Program-made: the position numbers and the translations under genes
Shown: in pieces, positions 22,429-22,984 of the stretch
Layout of the letters: each line of letters begins with the position of its first letter
Numbering within the stretch: position 1 is the stretch's first letter
DNA from: Catajapyx aquilonaris
Taxonomy: Eukaryota
Assembly (NCBI GenBank): GCA_000934665.2
Contig: JYFJ02001272.1
Coordinates: forward strand, 62,001 to 84,984
Direction of reading: 5' to 3'
DNA length: 22,984 nt
Notes under the pieces: generated by a model
Databases searched by the model: none
What the model saw: only the letters and a program-made list of their open reading frames with translations
What the model was told of the DNA's origin: nothing

Positions 22429-22820
22429 CTCTGCTGAGGGGTCTGTGTCCCAGTCAGTGGGTTGTAGTAGTACGGCAGTCCTACTTTGACCATGTTGAGC
22501 TTGGACATAATTTTGTCCAACAGTAGGTTATAAAAGTGGATGTCACGTCCACCTTTCGATTGTTTCCGAGTCAGGCTCACTGTCAGTGGCACTGGGGTCA
22601 GGTCAACAGGATGGATGGATCTCAGCTGCATGACCTTCTCTGGCAACTCATATGGCAGGTAGAGTTTGGCACCATCAAAATAGCGGGTGGGTCCCAGAGT
22701 CTCCGCTACTTCTCTCATTACCTGGAATCGCATGGTCTTGGAATGCACTTTGGGGTCGAACGTCACCTCGTACTCAAAAAAACCCTTTCCCGCTTCCGCA
22801 ATGTTGAGAAATATGCAAGT
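22429..22820 (-). pseudogene. AGO3: Ago3-like N-domain exon (5' boundary lost or unclear)
   Basis: TCIFLNIAEAGKGFFEYEVTFDPKV…FDGAKLYLP…SIHPVD…HFYNLLL…YYNP…PQQR; GTAAGT donor at 22428. No CAG/TAG acceptor before the upstream in-frame stop. Confidence 0.85.
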
Positions 22821-22906
22821 GTAATGTATGGAGCATTGTTGTTAATTATGTTGTTTGTGATTGTAATGTATGTAATGCATGGAGCATTGTTGTTATATTT
22901 ATGTTG
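22821..22906. repeat. Imperfect direct repeat, about 33 bp x2
   Basis: GTAATGTATGGAGCATTGTTGTTA… at 22821 and GTAATGCATGGAGCATTGTTGTTA… at 22872. Confidence 0.8.
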
Positions 22907-22984
22907 ATTATGTTTGTTTTGTCTCCATGCATTATCTGTAACTATAGTGAATCGTTAAGGTTACCCTGGTGTGACTCACACTTA

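Larger units (their letters stand above)
20103..22820 (-). pseudogene. AGO3: Piwi-clade Argonaute (Ago3-like) duplicated, intron-containing pseudogene; N-L1-PAZ-L2 retained, most of MID/PIWI absent
   Basis: Exons 22429-~22820, 22164-22277, 21507-21675, 20973-21246, ~20705-20883 and 20103-20203. Motifs: [68 protein letters not shown]…HFL-stop. Frameshifts in the last two exons. Confidence 0.85.

Noticed and set aside
20103..22820. Intact Piwi/Ago3 gene, processed retrocopy or prokaryotic Argonaute
   Set aside because: Frameshifts and missing MID/PIWI argue against an intact gene; retained GT-AG introns exclude a retrocopy or prokaryotic origin.
22821..22906. CRISPR-like repeat-spacer pattern
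   Set aside because: Only two imperfect copies, in a eukaryotic context, with no cas genes.

Overview
AT-rich eukaryotic genomic DNA with GT-AG introns, most likely arthropod/insect (inferred from the protein sequences). The + strand carries an intact 14-exon dipeptidyl peptidase 4 (S9B, venom-DPP4-like) gene, CDS 12064-19005, about 819 aa by my manual splice model. It has an N-terminal signal anchor, the DWVYEEE motif and a full Ser/Asp/His triad. The 12 kb upstream holds several short ATG-to-donor phase-0 segments that look like alternative first exons giving different cytoplasmic tails. Converging tail-to-tail on the - strand is an intron-containing Ago3/Piwi-clade Argonaute copy (about 20103-22820) that appears to be a pseudogene. 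Its N/L1/PAZ exons are open, but there is a 5-bp frameshifting duplication, most of MID/PIWI is missing, and the last exon is scrambled. Mobile DNA includes a tRNA-derived SINE with a 14-bp TSD in the last DPP4 intron, a piggyBac-type mini hairpin element, a 32-bp perfect palindrome, a possible LINE remnant and an excess of TA-NNN-TA motifs resembling Tc1/mariner footprints. I saw no prokaryotic system, CRISPR array, rRNA or complete tRNA. All coordinates were read by eye and no database search was run.
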